From: Candidatus Versatilivorator sp.
GTDB taxonomy: Bacteria > Acidobacteriota > Terriglobia > Versatilivoradales > Versatilivoraceae
Assembly (NCBI GenBank): GCA_965207735.1
Contig: OZ242296.1
Span: 4,000,001 to 4,064,000, forward strand
DNA: 64,000 nt
Direction of reading: 5' to 3'
A model generated the notes under the pieces. The model saw only the letters and a program-made list of their open reading frames with translations, did not search any database and was not told the DNA's origin. Both the position numbers and the translations under genes were made by a program. Below, one piece after another: positions 47,192-56,856 of this stretch; position 1 is the first letter of the stretch, and each line of letters starts with the position of its first letter.

Positions 47192-48190
47192 TCAGTTCCC
47201 CGATTCCGTTCCGTTCATGTTCGGTGCGGGAGATTCCAGGTAATAGCCCGCTCCGATCAGCACCGGCACCCCGAAGGACACCACCCTCTTGACGAAGGTC
47301 ACCTTGCGCCGCCACTGGTTGGTGGCAGGATTCCGGTTCCAGTAGTAGAGAAAGGACTCACCGAAGGCATCGGCAACCCCCAGGACGTTCCGCCCTGCGA
47401 AGCTGCCGATATAGACCGAGGACAACTCCGACCCGATCAGGGGATTTGCCGGGGAGCCTGTAAAAAGAGTGTAGCCGTAGGTGTCCAGGCCGAACAGGTA
47501 GATGGAGTCGCTTTTCCAACGAGGATCGTTGGCCAGGCTGACCGAGGCGAAATACCCCATGGAATCCAGCTCCATGGCGGCGCAGCGGACAAACTCCTGC
47601 AGCCGCGCCTCGGAGGGATAGGAGTGGAGCATGGCGGAATTGACCTCGTCGCTCCGGCAACTGCTGGGCAGGTCGCGCCGATAGATCCCCGCCCCAATGG
47701 CGGCGGACACCCCGTTCCAGTCGATGGCCTTGAAGTACGAAGCCTTGGGCTCGGCTCTGCCGGTGGCAGGATTGGTGAAGGAATAATAGACCCAACCCTG
47801 ACCGAAGTTGGTCGCGACGCGATAGAACTCCAGGATCAGGTCGGAGCCGAAGTCGTCCACCAGGACTCCCCACGCCAACCCCTCCAGAGAGGGATCAGGT
47901 GGGAAGACGAAAGCACGGGAGGCCCCGGGCACATCCGTCATTTCGTCGACGAAGACATAGGTGGGGCCGCTCTTCCAGCGCTCGTCCTCGTTGAAGGCTC
48001 TGCGGGCCTCCTCGAAGCCCACTTCCTGGACGAACTCGTAGGCGCACTGCACAAAGGCCTGCACGTCCTCCGTGGTGCGCACGGCGCTGGCCACGATGGT
48101 GCGTTCCTCACAGGTATCGTGAGAGGCTAGGCCCGGTGAGACGAGGATAGCCCCCAGAAAAATAAGAATCGAAAGGGTTTTAGTTTTCAT
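47192..48190 (-). CDS. Exported protein with two Cache-like domains and no output domain
   Basis: Signal peptide; duplicated FV.CA...W.S...Y.F..D...Y...NPAT...K..(F/Y).K......IGAG.Y. Confidence 0.75.
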   Translation of the reverse strand: MKTKTLSILIFLGAILVSPGLASHDTCEERTIVASAVRTTEDVQAFVQCAYEFVQEVGFEEARRAFNEDERWKSGPTYVFVDEMTDVPGASRAFVFPPDPSLEGLAWGVLVDDFGSDLILEFYRVATNFGQGWVYYSFTNPATGRAEPKASYFKAIDWNGVSAAIGAGIYRRDLPSSCRSDEVNSAMLHSYPSEARLQEFVRCAAMELDSMGYFASVSLANDPRWKSDSIYLFGLDTYGYTLFTGSPANPLIGSELSSVYIGSFAGRNVLGVADAFGESFLYYWNRNPATNQWRRKVTFVKRVVSFGVPVLIGAGYYLESPAPNMNGTESGN

Positions 48191-48328
48191 AATGCGGTAA
48201 TTCTACCGGAAGGGAAGAGCTCCTGCAACCGTTATTTAACTGATTTTTCACTAATTTTCAGGGATCGGGCAAGGCTTGGAAAACTAAAATTTGTGTGGAT
48301 GCAATGAGTCTGAGCGATTTGTCCAATA

Positions 48329-48940
48329 TCAGATATTGCCTGACCTGATCATTGAGTGTGCCGTGTAAAGGTCACATGCTCCTACCTTGCGGAGTATCGT
48401 AGCTCTATATTCTGGCAGGAGAGGAGTCTCTATGCCCTCGACAATTGCCGAAGCCAAATAGCTAATGCCGTCAGTCCTCTTGGCACCAGCCGTTCCTCGC
48501 GCACTACGGATTGCTAAGTCCGCAAGGTGCTCAGGGGTTCGTTTTTCGATGTTCGCACCAATATTTGTAAAGAGTACGGTCTCGACACCCGCAAGATCTT
48601 CCACACACTCCACCAAGACATGGTTTTGGCCAGGCTTGGTTGGGCGGCTGTAGTGCTTTTGCGATAATTCATTTCTCGTCTCTCGCCTCCATAAAAGATC
48701 TTTGGCTCGCACACGTTCCACATTGGATTTGAGAACGAGGAGTACCGCCTTCACCGGAGCGCCACCAACCTCGACGGGAACGAGGGTCGGTCCTCCACCG
48801 CGAGTGCGGCTGGAGCGAGCAAACTCAACTGAGAATGGCGTCCCAACACCATGAATCTTCTTACAAACCAACGGACTCAACTCTACACCCGGATCTTTGA
48901 TTAGAGACCCGTACGCGAGAATAGCGATACGTGCCATCAC
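48329..48940 (-). CDS. Gamma-glutamylcyclotransferase/ChaC-like fold protein
   Basis: N-terminal ILAYGSL; LWRRE; C-terminal G.....YL pattern. Confidence 0.55.
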   Translation of the reverse strand: MMARIAILAYGSLIKDPGVELSPLVCKKIHGVGTPFSVEFARSSRTRGGGPTLVPVEVGGAPVKAVLLVLKSNVERVRAKDLLWRRETRNELSQKHYSRPTKPGQNHVLVECVEDLAGVETVLFTNIGANIEKRTPEHLADLAIRSARGTAGAKRTDGISYLASAIVEGIETPLLPEYRATILRKVGACDLYTAHSMIRSGNI

Positions 48941-49282
48941 CTGCCCCGTTGACGCGTGGCCATTGCGTTGCCAAACACGTACCTAGAGTATTTCATGGAT
49001 ACGCAGGTAAATGTTTCCGGTCTCAGCGGCATATCGCCGTTTCCGCAGCAGCAGTTGAACTAGATCAATTCGTCCTTCGAGCACTCCCATTAAATCGCTC
49101 CCATCCATCAAGATTACCAAACGGCGTCCCGAAGCATGAGTATTGATTGCGTCCGTGGAAAATCCATTGACCGAGAGGAAGAGCCCCAGCGTATTTTCTA
49201 GCTTTCTGGACAGTTTCCCTGCTAGACCGTCTAGTTCCATAGCGGCGACGGGACCCTTTTGCCACTTCGCCTCTAAAAGATA

Positions 49283-50769
49283 GAGCCTTTTGCAAAATTC
49301 GCAGATAGCGGGAATTTTCACGTGGGGAAAGATCAAGGAGGGCAGGTGGAAGGAGGGGCAAGACCACTGTCTGTTGTATCATGAAGGTGTCTGAACCACA
49401 TGATGAACGGAGGTGGAACTTGCCCCTTAGGGAAACCCTATCACGACACTGGTTCCGGTTTCAACGAGAGCTGTTTCCCCTGCTGGAGGAAGTTTTGGGG
49501 CCTCTGGGAGAGCGTTACCAGCGGCTGGTGCAGGTATTGGAGTTGGTGCGGGTGGAGGAGTTGCTGCCTTACAGTCGGGGCTGGCGTGGCCGGCCGCTGG
49601 AGGATCGGGCAGTGCTGGCGCGAGCCTATCTGGCGAAGTCGATGCTGGAGGTGGCGACCACGCGGGGATTGGTGGAGCGGCTGAGGAGTGAGGGGAGGCT
49701 GCGGCGGCTGTGCGGCTGGGAGAGGGCGTGGGAGGTACCGAGCGAGTCGACCTTCTCGCGGGCCTTTGCGGAATTCGCTGAGAGCGACCTGCCGGGGCGT
49801 TTGCACGAGGCATTGCTGGAGGAGACGCTGAAGGGCCACTTGGCGGGGCATGTGTCGAGGGACTCGACGGCGATTGCGGGACGGGAAAAGCCAGCGGCCA
49901 AGGCTGCGCCGGAGGCCAAGCGGAAACGCCGGCGGGGCCGGCCGCCGAAGGGCGAGCGACGGCCCAAGCGGTTGAGCCGGCTGGAGCGGCAGGGGTCGAT
50001 GACGCTGGAGGAAATGTTGAAGGAGTTGCCCAAGGCCTGCGACATCGGCGTCAAGCGCAACGCCAAGGGGCATCAGGAGAGCTGGACCGGCTACAAGCTA
50101 CACCTCGACGCCATTGACGGCGGGATTCCGGTCAGTTGTCTGCTGACCTCGGCCTCGGTGCATGACTCTCAGGCAGCCATTCCGCTGGCGACGCTGACGG
50201 CAAGGCGGGTCGAGAGTCTCTACGACTTGATGGACAGCGCCTACGATGCGCCGGAGATCCGGGCCTTCAGTGAGAAGCTGGGGCATGTGCCGATTATTGA
50301 CGTCAACCCCCGCCGAAGAGCTACCTTGAAAGCCGAGCGGAAGCGGGAGGCACTGGCCCGGCGCTGTATCGGCCAAGTGACTCCCGAGGCGCGGCGCTAC
50401 CGGGAACGCTCGACGGTGGAGCGGGTCAACGGACGGCTCAAGGAGGAGTTTGGCGGGAGGCAGGTGAGGGTTCGCGGCCCCGACAAGGTGAGGTGCCACC
50501 TGATGTTCGGCATTCTGGCCCTGACGGTGGATCAGTTGATGCGCCTGACGCTCTGAAGACCGGGTTGCCACCCCCAACCGCACAGCAGGTTCGCCCGCCT
50601 CAAGGCCGGGAGAGGGTAAGCTGTGCCTGCGTCCGGCGACCGCTGGCCATCCGGCCATCAGATTCGGGCTTTTTCCTTCAAAAGGGTCTTTGCAGCTGGG
50701 TAGTCACCGCCGGAACATCACTGTTGCCAGCCCAATGTCATGCCCGATTCCGAATTTTGCAAAAGGCTC
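49283..50769 (+). mobile_element. Insertion sequence, 1487 bp, copy 2 (apparently identical to 36357-37843)
   Basis: Same IRs; 4-bp target duplication GATA. Confidence 0.92.
49381..50556 (+). CDS. DDE transposase
   Basis: Identical protein to 36455-37630. Confidence 0.92.
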   Translation: MKVSEPHDERRWNLPLRETLSRHWFRFQRELFPLLEEVLGPLGERYQRLVQVLELVRVEELLPYSRGWRGRPLEDRAVLARAYLAKSMLEVATTRGLVERLRSEGRLRRLCGWERAWEVPSESTFSRAFAEFAESDLPGRLHEALLEETLKGHLAGHVSRDSTAIAGREKPAAKAAPEAKRKRRRGRPPKGERRPKRLSRLERQGSMTLEEMLKELPKACDIGVKRNAKGHQESWTGYKLHLDAIDGGIPVSCLLTSASVHDSQAAIPLATLTARRVESLYDLMDSAYDAPEIRAFSEKLGHVPIIDVNPRRRATLKAERKREALARRCIGQVTPEARRYRERSTVERVNGRLKEEFGGRQVRVRGPDKVRCHLMFGILALTVDQLMRLTL

Positions 50770-52106
50770 GATAGTCTGTGCCTTCGAAACTGAATGCCCC
50801 GTCTATTTGCTCCCCCACAATCTTGAATGAAGCCTTTGGATCCAAGTCAAACAGATCAAACAACCCCTTGATGACCTTCTCCAACGAGTATCCACGCTGT
50901 TGGGGTGTGTCCGATTCAACTAGCTGAAGGAACTCACGCTTTAGGATTTGTAGTTGCTGTTGCAGAGCGTTAGCCTGTTGTACCTTTGCGTAAGCGTCCT
51001 TCCGTCTTTTTTCGGCCTTTCGCGCCTCTTCCTCTATGTCCTTGTAGCCTGTGAGTTGCGCACGAAGCCCCTGCACTGCAGCCTTAGCATCTTTCGACTT
51101 GCTGATACCGTCTTCAAGCTTGCGGAGATGGGAGAAGTCTGTGATCTGGCAGACTTCCGATATGATTTGGATCAGATCCTGTTGATATACGTCCTGGCGC
51201 TTGACGAGGTGATCCACAAGTGTTGCAACAATGTTCCGCTTGTAGTCAGACCAATTGAGGCGTGACAAGACTGCCGATTCGGAAAGGCATTGAGTCAAGA
51301 AACTCCGTAGATCGGATTTGTACCAGTAGACAAGTGTTAAGGCCTCCTTTAGTGCCTGTATCGCCACCGGAGAGATCTTTTTGGTCATTGACGTGACTTC
51401 TCGTTCAGTGGGTAATACCAAAAATGGCATAACCCAGGTTGCTCACGACAGGTAGGCAGCGTTGGTTCTTGGAATCTATTAAAACACTGTTATAAAGCAA
51501 GTTAGACAAATCCCTGAAAGAAAACGGGTGCTCTCATACTGTACCACCAAATTGCGGGAGTTTGAACAAGCCTGAGGCTGGACTTGACGGCGGTCCCATC
51601 ACCTGCGATGCCAGCGACCTGCTGTGCCGTAGATCGATCAGCGCTTGTTTCTCGTTGACACTTTGGTAGCCCGCTTAGACGACGGCCTCAACTTCGACTG
51701 AATCCAACCTAACCTCACCGCGCAGTGCTTTGTCGCATTGTCGACATCGAGTCGGGCACGAGCACGTTTACGACCACAATCAACTCCATCACCATCCAAT
51801 CACGGTGCTCCTCCCAAGGCATCTCTACTGCCACCTCAACCACTCGGTCCTGCTTGCAATAAAGGGCACCCTCAAGCGACTCGAACATTTCGCCAGCAAA
51901 GGCCGTGACAGCAGAGAACACCCCTACCATTCGATTGACCTGAAATGGAAGGACTTCGCCTCTACTCTAACCTGTTGCCGGCTAGCTTCTGTCTGTGCGG
52001 TTGGCCCCTGGTCGGGCGTGTGAGAGAATGGACTTGGAACTATTGGCGGAAGCTATCGACATAAAGTTGGGCGTACGGACTTGTAGAGCGCATTAGTGAG
52101 GAAATC

Positions 52107-53132
52107 GTGTTTCAACTGATCCGTAAATGGTTTGGAACGATTGCGGTTCTACTGCTCATAAGTTTAGTGGTCGGCGCGCGAGCGCAGTCCTCGACGCAGT
52201 TGGAAGAGCAGCCAGCAAAGCAGTCGTCAGCCTCGCCGGAAGAGCAGTCCGCAACTCATTCGGAAGAAGAGTCCTTAGCAAAGTCTCCAGCCCAGTCGAC
52301 AACTGAGGCCGTGGAGCAGTCACCGGATCCTTCGGCAGATCAGGCCGGAGCTGAGCCGGAGAAGCAACCGACCGTTCAGTCGGCGGAGAAGCCGCAGGAC
52401 CGATCTCCAGCCCAGTCGGGAGAGCAATCGCCAACTCAGTCCGTTGAGCGGTCAACGGCTCAACCGAAAGCGCCGCCTGCAGTGCTGCCGGCGGCGGATG
52501 CCTACCGATTGACCGTGACCATTCACGGCGCATTCGGCCTCTGCCACAACGATGAATTCGGGTCGGAGGAATTGTATGTCGTGGTGAAGCGTCTGGACCT
52601 GGAACTGCAGGACCAGATCGAGGACACGGAGCGCGAAGCTCAACAAATCACAGGCAGCATGGCCTGGTGGCACGCGGAGCAGCGCGTGGATTCCTTGCGG
52701 AAACAGGACTTCAACAGCAAGAGCGATCCTCTTTCCGAGGCTGAACTGGAGTCATTGGAGAGGCTGCGAAGCAAAAGGCGATCAGAGCGGACGGATGACG
52801 AAGCTCGAGAGTTCAGGTCGCTCCGGGCCAGAGAGCCTATTTCGACCGCGGATGCGTCGGTGCTGGCTCGCATGAAGGAGTTGAAGACCCAACGGCGACG
52901 GTTGCTACGCCAGATTGAAATGCGCTCAAGCGCGAACAGACCCGGCTCATTACGCGTCTACCCGGACGACGAACTCCAGGTCGTCCTGATGGAAGACGAT
53001 CCCTTTTTCGACGATACCTGTTTCGGCTCGACAGTCATACTGGATCAATCCTCCCTGACGACCCCGTCGCTGGAAATCAAAAAGGATGAAAACACCTTGT
53101 TGACGCTGAACTTCAGGCCGCTCAGCAGGTGA
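52107..53132 (+). CDS. Exported hypothetical protein: S/Q/P/E-rich stalk plus putative C2-like domain split by a coiled coil
   Basis: Signal ...GARA-Q; ~8-aa QS repeats; LTVTIHGAFGL...D.FG...YVVV ... LQVVLMEDDPFFDD. Confidence 0.6.
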   Translation: MFQLIRKWFGTIAVLLLISLVVGARAQSSTQLEEQPAKQSSASPEEQSATHSEEESLAKSPAQSTTEAVEQSPDPSADQAGAEPEKQPTVQSAEKPQDRSPAQSGEQSPTQSVERSTAQPKAPPAVLPAADAYRLTVTIHGAFGLCHNDEFGSEELYVVVKRLDLELQDQIEDTEREAQQITGSMAWWHAEQRVDSLRKQDFNSKSDPLSEAELESLERLRSKRRSERTDDEAREFRSLRAREPISTADASVLARMKELKTQRRRLLRQIEMRSSANRPGSLRVYPDDELQVVLMEDDPFFDDTCFGSTVILDQSSLTTPSLEIKKDENTLLTLNFRPLSR

Positions 53133-53269
53133 ACGTCGTTCGTATTCCGACAGCCGGGAATTGTCCGGCTTCTTCAACTGTGGAGGCCGTGCCCACCAAG
53201 TAGAGATCGTAAGCAGCCGGTTCCAAAAACAGTTTCACTGCTAAATAATCTCAAGCCCCATGGAGAGCG

Positions 53270-53512
53270 TCAGGGACTCCGTCTCACCCCTCTCCTTCTA
53301 CCGCGCTCACGCCTGATGAGTTCGACAACCTCCTGTGTAGAGATGTTCGCGTTCACAGAGGGAACGTCCAGGGGCGAGTCGGGCATTCTCTCCGGAACCA
53401 GCGCATAAGTCCTGCCATCCCTTCGACGAATGAATACTTTTCCCGTTGACTCAGCCTCGTCGAGCACACTGGAAAGTTTCTGTCTGGCTTCCGAGTATGA
53501 ATAGATCTCCAC
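53270..53512 (-). CDS. Phd/YefM family antitoxin
   Basis: YSYSEARQKLSSVLD.A...G.V.I.RRDG. Confidence 0.85.
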   Translation of the reverse strand: MEIYSYSEARQKLSSVLDEAESTGKVFIRRRDGRTYALVPERMPDSPLDVPSVNANISTQEVVELIRRERGRRRGVRRSP

Positions 53513-53513
53513 C

Positions 53514-53690
53514 TTACGCCTCCAGATTTACGAGCTTGACGTCAAGTCTGTCCGCGGCAAGCCTCAGCGGCCGGTCCAACGTCAGCAGGGGTGCACTGTA
53601 GCGCGCGGCACAATCCAGAAAGTATGCGTCGTAGGCATATAGGCCTAATCTAGCCGCGATGGACAATGTGTTCGCGATAAAAACCAGACT
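53514..53690 (-). pseudogene. C-terminal remnant of a PIN/VapC toxin
   Basis: LSIAARLGLYAYDAYFLDCAARYSAPLLTLDRPL...*; in-frame stop upstream, N-half missing. Confidence 0.75.
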
Positions 53691-53748
53691 GTTTCAGGAC
53701 AGGATACCGGGCACACTTGTGTCGAATGACGAACTCAGGGATTGCCGA

Positions 53749-54921
53749 CTACGCCGGCGGCGGACTCCAGATGGTGGCTCCGATGTAGCGTTCCGGGCCG
53801 GAGGCCTCGTCAGTGAAGTAGTACACGGCAACGACTTTGCCGTCCGGCCTCTGGATAGCCCTCACGTAACCGATATCCCGGCTGGCCCCGTCGTCGCGGA
53901 GCGTGATGGGATCGCTCCAGGTACTGCCCCTGTCGCCGCTAAGCACGGCGCGAATGCTGTAGGGTTCGGCTCGGTAGCCGTAGAGCAGGCAGATCCGTCC
54001 GTCCTGCAGTTCGATCATCGCGGGTGGATTGCCCACCCCCGCGTCCGGCACCGCCTCGTTCAAGTACTCCCAACCGGCGCCGTTGTCGGTCGACAGGTAG
54101 GTCCCGATCCACCTGCGGGTCGCCTCCCGCATTCGAACAGTCACGAGAATGTGCGTGTCGGATAGCCGAAGCGAGGCCGGCATGATGGAGAACCCTTCGG
54201 GCTCCGGACCGATCCAGGACACGAATTTCCAGGTCTTGCCGGAGTCGGTGGTCCGCACGCAAAGCGGCCTTCCCTCCCTTCCGTTGGCCTTTGCGGCCGT
54301 GATGAAGAGCGTGCAGGTCTGCTTGTCGTCAACGATGTAGTCCGTGCGGGGGGCAATGCCGGGTGAGTCGAAGCTGGGCAAGCGGAAGGGGCCCTCCCAG
54401 GTGCGGCCCCTGTCATAGGAATAGAAGACGCGGCCGATTCCGGCGTGAATACTGTTGGTGCGAACGGTCAGAGCGAAGTCCGGGTGGGTGAAGTCGATGC
54501 CACCCTCGCTATCTTTCAGCGGCGGGATCGTGACACCCGGACGGGTGATGCCGTGCAGGTATCCACCCTCAGCCAGCAGGTGCCCCTTCGCCCCCGGGTC
54601 CTCTATCGACCACGTCTCGCCGCCGTCAAGGCTTCGGGCCAACATCGGAATCTCCGGCTTCTCGCGATCGATGTGGTGGCCCAGACCCTGGTCCTTGTAG
54701 TAACCCATTCCGAAACCGACCAGGATCTCGTTGCCCCAACTCCAGATGCCGTGATTGGCCGGCCAGCCGCCGAACATGCCCTTCTCGAAGTAGACCTTGA
54801 GATGCCTGGGTTCGTCGGCCCTCACCTGCTTCTGGCCGGACAGATTCGTTTCATCCGATGTGCGACAGGCGACCATTCCGACCGCCAGCAACCCTATGAC
54901 AAGAAAGATTCTCAATTTCAT
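53749..54921 (-). CDS. BNR/Asp-box sialidase-family lipoprotein
   Basis: Lipobox MVAC; SLDGGETW, SYDRGRTW, TTDSGKTW, STDNGAGW, SGDRGSTW. Confidence 0.8.
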   Translation of the reverse strand: MKLRIFLVIGLLAVGMVACRTSDETNLSGQKQVRADEPRHLKVYFEKGMFGGWPANHGIWSWGNEILVGFGMGYYKDQGLGHHIDREKPEIPMLARSLDGGETWSIEDPGAKGHLLAEGGYLHGITRPGVTIPPLKDSEGGIDFTHPDFALTVRTNSIHAGIGRVFYSYDRGRTWEGPFRLPSFDSPGIAPRTDYIVDDKQTCTLFITAAKANGREGRPLCVRTTDSGKTWKFVSWIGPEPEGFSIMPASLRLSDTHILVTVRMREATRRWIGTYLSTDNGAGWEYLNEAVPDAGVGNPPAMIELQDGRICLLYGYRAEPYSIRAVLSGDRGSTWSDPITLRDDGASRDIGYVRAIQRPDGKVVAVYYFTDEASGPERYIGATIWSPPPA

Positions 54922-55117
54922 TCGATTCCCCGCCTCTATGCAGACAGCGACCCGCGTTCGAACGCCGCAGGACTCTCGATGCCAATGACACCCGTCATGG
55001 GATGAACAAAAGCATCATATCGCAGCAGAGCGGAAGCCGAAGTCGTCCGGCAGACGCGCCCGGCGAAAATTGTAAGGTGGCCAGTCTGAATCCGGGCCCT
55101 CCCCAACGATACTGCCC

Positions 55118-55894
55118 TCAAGCCAGGTTGAACCTCACGGTAATGCGAGTCACCACTCGAACCGGCATTCCATTGAGCACGGTGGGCTTGTAGCGCAATT
55201 GTCTGACAGCTTCCAGAGCGCGCTCAGTCAACAAGGGATGGCCCTTGATTACGCGCAGATCTTCCACCAAACCCAGCTCGCTGATAGTCGCTTCCAGAAT
55301 CACCGTTCCCTGGATACGGGCCTGTACCGCCAGCGGCGGGTAACGGGGACGCACCTGTCGAATGAGCTTGGCGTGCTGCACGCTTCCACCCACGCGCACG
55401 CGTTGAGAGGGCTTGGCCCGCGGAGGTGCCGGAGGGAGTGGAAGAGGATCCATTGAAGCCGGCTCCCCCCCGATGACTCCATCAATGATGCCACCGGGCA
55501 CACCACCAGGAATACCTCCCGGAACACCCCCCGAAATACCGGCGACGAGCGAGTCGAGCGGAGGAGCTTCATCCATGCCTGTGAGGATCTCCTGGGGGAT
55601 TTCCACCGGAGCCTGGAAGGCATCCTCAACAACCGTCCTCGGGATTCTCCTGGATGTCGCCTCCGCCGGGGCTGCGGGAGGAGGTGCAGGGGGACGGGGA
55701 GGCGTTACCAGAAAACTCAGCCGCTGAATAGACCCCGACACGGTGTCGGGAAAGAGCAGCGGCAGGGTAATTGCTGAAACGATCAGAGCGACATGAATGG
55801 CGACTGAAACCATCAGAGTGTTTGATTTCTTCGCCGCCGTGCCAGCCTCTCCCGAATCCATAAACCCGTTAAACATGGTCAATCCCCTGTTCAA
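55118..55894 (-). CDS. tonB: Energy transducer TonB
   Basis: SVAIHV TM anchor, Pro/Gly-rich linker, PRYPP.A..ARIQGTV...ITVRFNL. Confidence 0.88.
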   Translation of the reverse strand: MNRGLTMFNGFMDSGEAGTAAKKSNTLMVSVAIHVALIVSAITLPLLFPDTVSGSIQRLSFLVTPPRPPAPPPAAPAEATSRRIPRTVVEDAFQAPVEIPQEILTGMDEAPPLDSLVAGISGGVPGGIPGGVPGGIIDGVIGGEPASMDPLPLPPAPPRAKPSQRVRVGGSVQHAKLIRQVRPRYPPLAVQARIQGTVILEATISELGLVEDLRVIKGHPLLTERALEAVRQLRYKPTVLNGMPVRVVTRITVRFNLA

Positions 55895-56075
55895 ATACTT
55901 GCCGGCAGAGCCAACCGGCTTCTTCCAACTGACGACGAGAAGCTTTGTTCTTCCCCAGTATGGACACCACAGCCTCTGCTAAAGTTCCCGAATTGAACCG
56001 GGAGTCCCGAAATCCTCCCGAACCTCCTGAAGAATGGCACATCCTAGAGGAGCTAACAATACAAGGGACCGGAAA

Positions 56076-56095
56076 TAGGGGAGGTTGTTGAATTA
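56076..56095 (+). repeat. Degenerate copy of the RAYT end motif
   Basis: TAGGGGAGGTTGTTGAATTA, one mismatch to 59619-59638. Confidence 0.65.
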
Positions 56096-56174
56096 ATTGA
56101 GTTGACTTTCGGGAGACACCCTTGATTGCAACGCAATCGTCGGGTAAGCTTTCTCCGAAGACGGAGGTGTGACA

Positions 56175-56417
56175 ATGGCAAGCATCACGATCCGCCATCT
56201 CGACAACGACGTGAAGACCCGACTTCGGGTTCGAGCATCCTCCAACGGTAGATCGATGGAAGAGGAGGCGCGGATCATCCTGCGCGAGGCGGTCGGCCGG
56301 GAAGCCGAACCCGAGAACCTGGCCAGTTTCATCCGCGAATGCTTCGAGCCATTCGGCGGGGTGGAACTAGAACTACCGCCACGCGAACCGATGCGCGAGC
56401 CGCCTGATTTCAGTTGA
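56175..56417 (+). CDS. FitA-like RHH antitoxin (plasmid stability protein)
   Basis: MASITIRHLD..VK..LR.RA..NGRSMEEEAR.IL. Confidence 0.88.
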   Translation: MASITIRHLDNDVKTRLRVRASSNGRSMEEEARIILREAVGREAEPENLASFIRECFEPFGGVELELPPREPMREPPDFS

Positions 56418-56426
56418 GGCTCACCA

Positions 56427-56849
56427 ATGTTCGTTCTCGATACCAACGTGGTGTCCGAGCTGATGCGCCCGGCGCCCGATCCGGTGATTGCATCCTGGGT
56501 CGCGGCCCATGCGACATCGAGCCTGTTTCTGACCGCAGTGACGGAGGCCGAGTTACGCTTCGGCCTTGCGGTCATGCCAACCGGCAAGCGCCGGGACGGC
56601 CTTGGAGCGGCGCTTGAACGCGTCCTGGAAACGGGCTTTGCGAACCGTGTGCTGCCGTTCGACAGGGGTGCCGCGCGGGCATATGCCAGGATCGCTGCCG
56701 TAAGACGCCAACTGGGCAGACCGATCCCGGAAGCCGATTGCCAGATCGCGGCCATCGCTGTGGCGCGCAGCATGGCAGTGGTAACCCGCAATACTCGGGA
56801 CTTCGAGAATACGGGCATAGACATCCTTGACCCGTGGAAGGGCGCATGA
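56427..56849 (+). CDS. vapC: VapC/FitB PIN-domain toxin
   Basis: VLDTNVVSE, EAEL.FG, D.QIAAIA, VTRNTRDF. Confidence 0.9.
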   Translation: MFVLDTNVVSELMRPAPDPVIASWVAAHATSSLFLTAVTEAELRFGLAVMPTGKRRDGLGAALERVLETGFANRVLPFDRGAARAYARIAAVRRQLGRPIPEADCQIAAIAVARSMAVVTRNTRDFENTGIDILDPWKGA

Positions 56850-56856
56850 GAGGGAA

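Larger units (their letters stand above)
48983..51388 (-). pseudogene. Mrr-like PD-(D/E)xK restriction endonuclease interrupted by IS copy 2
   Basis: Joining across the IS gives RGYSLE..I..LF...EQIDGAFSFEGTDY|LLEAKWQ...GLFLSVNGFS...ILMDGSDL. Confidence 0.85.

Noticed and set aside
51541-52030. Short ORFs 51715-51930 and 51730-52023
   Set aside because: No recognisable motifs or RBS; probably degraded island sequence.
55984-56045. TCCCGAA direct repeats and TGGCAC (sigma54 -24) upstream of tonB/fitA
   Set aside because: Irregular spacing and no -12 TTGC element; insufficient support.
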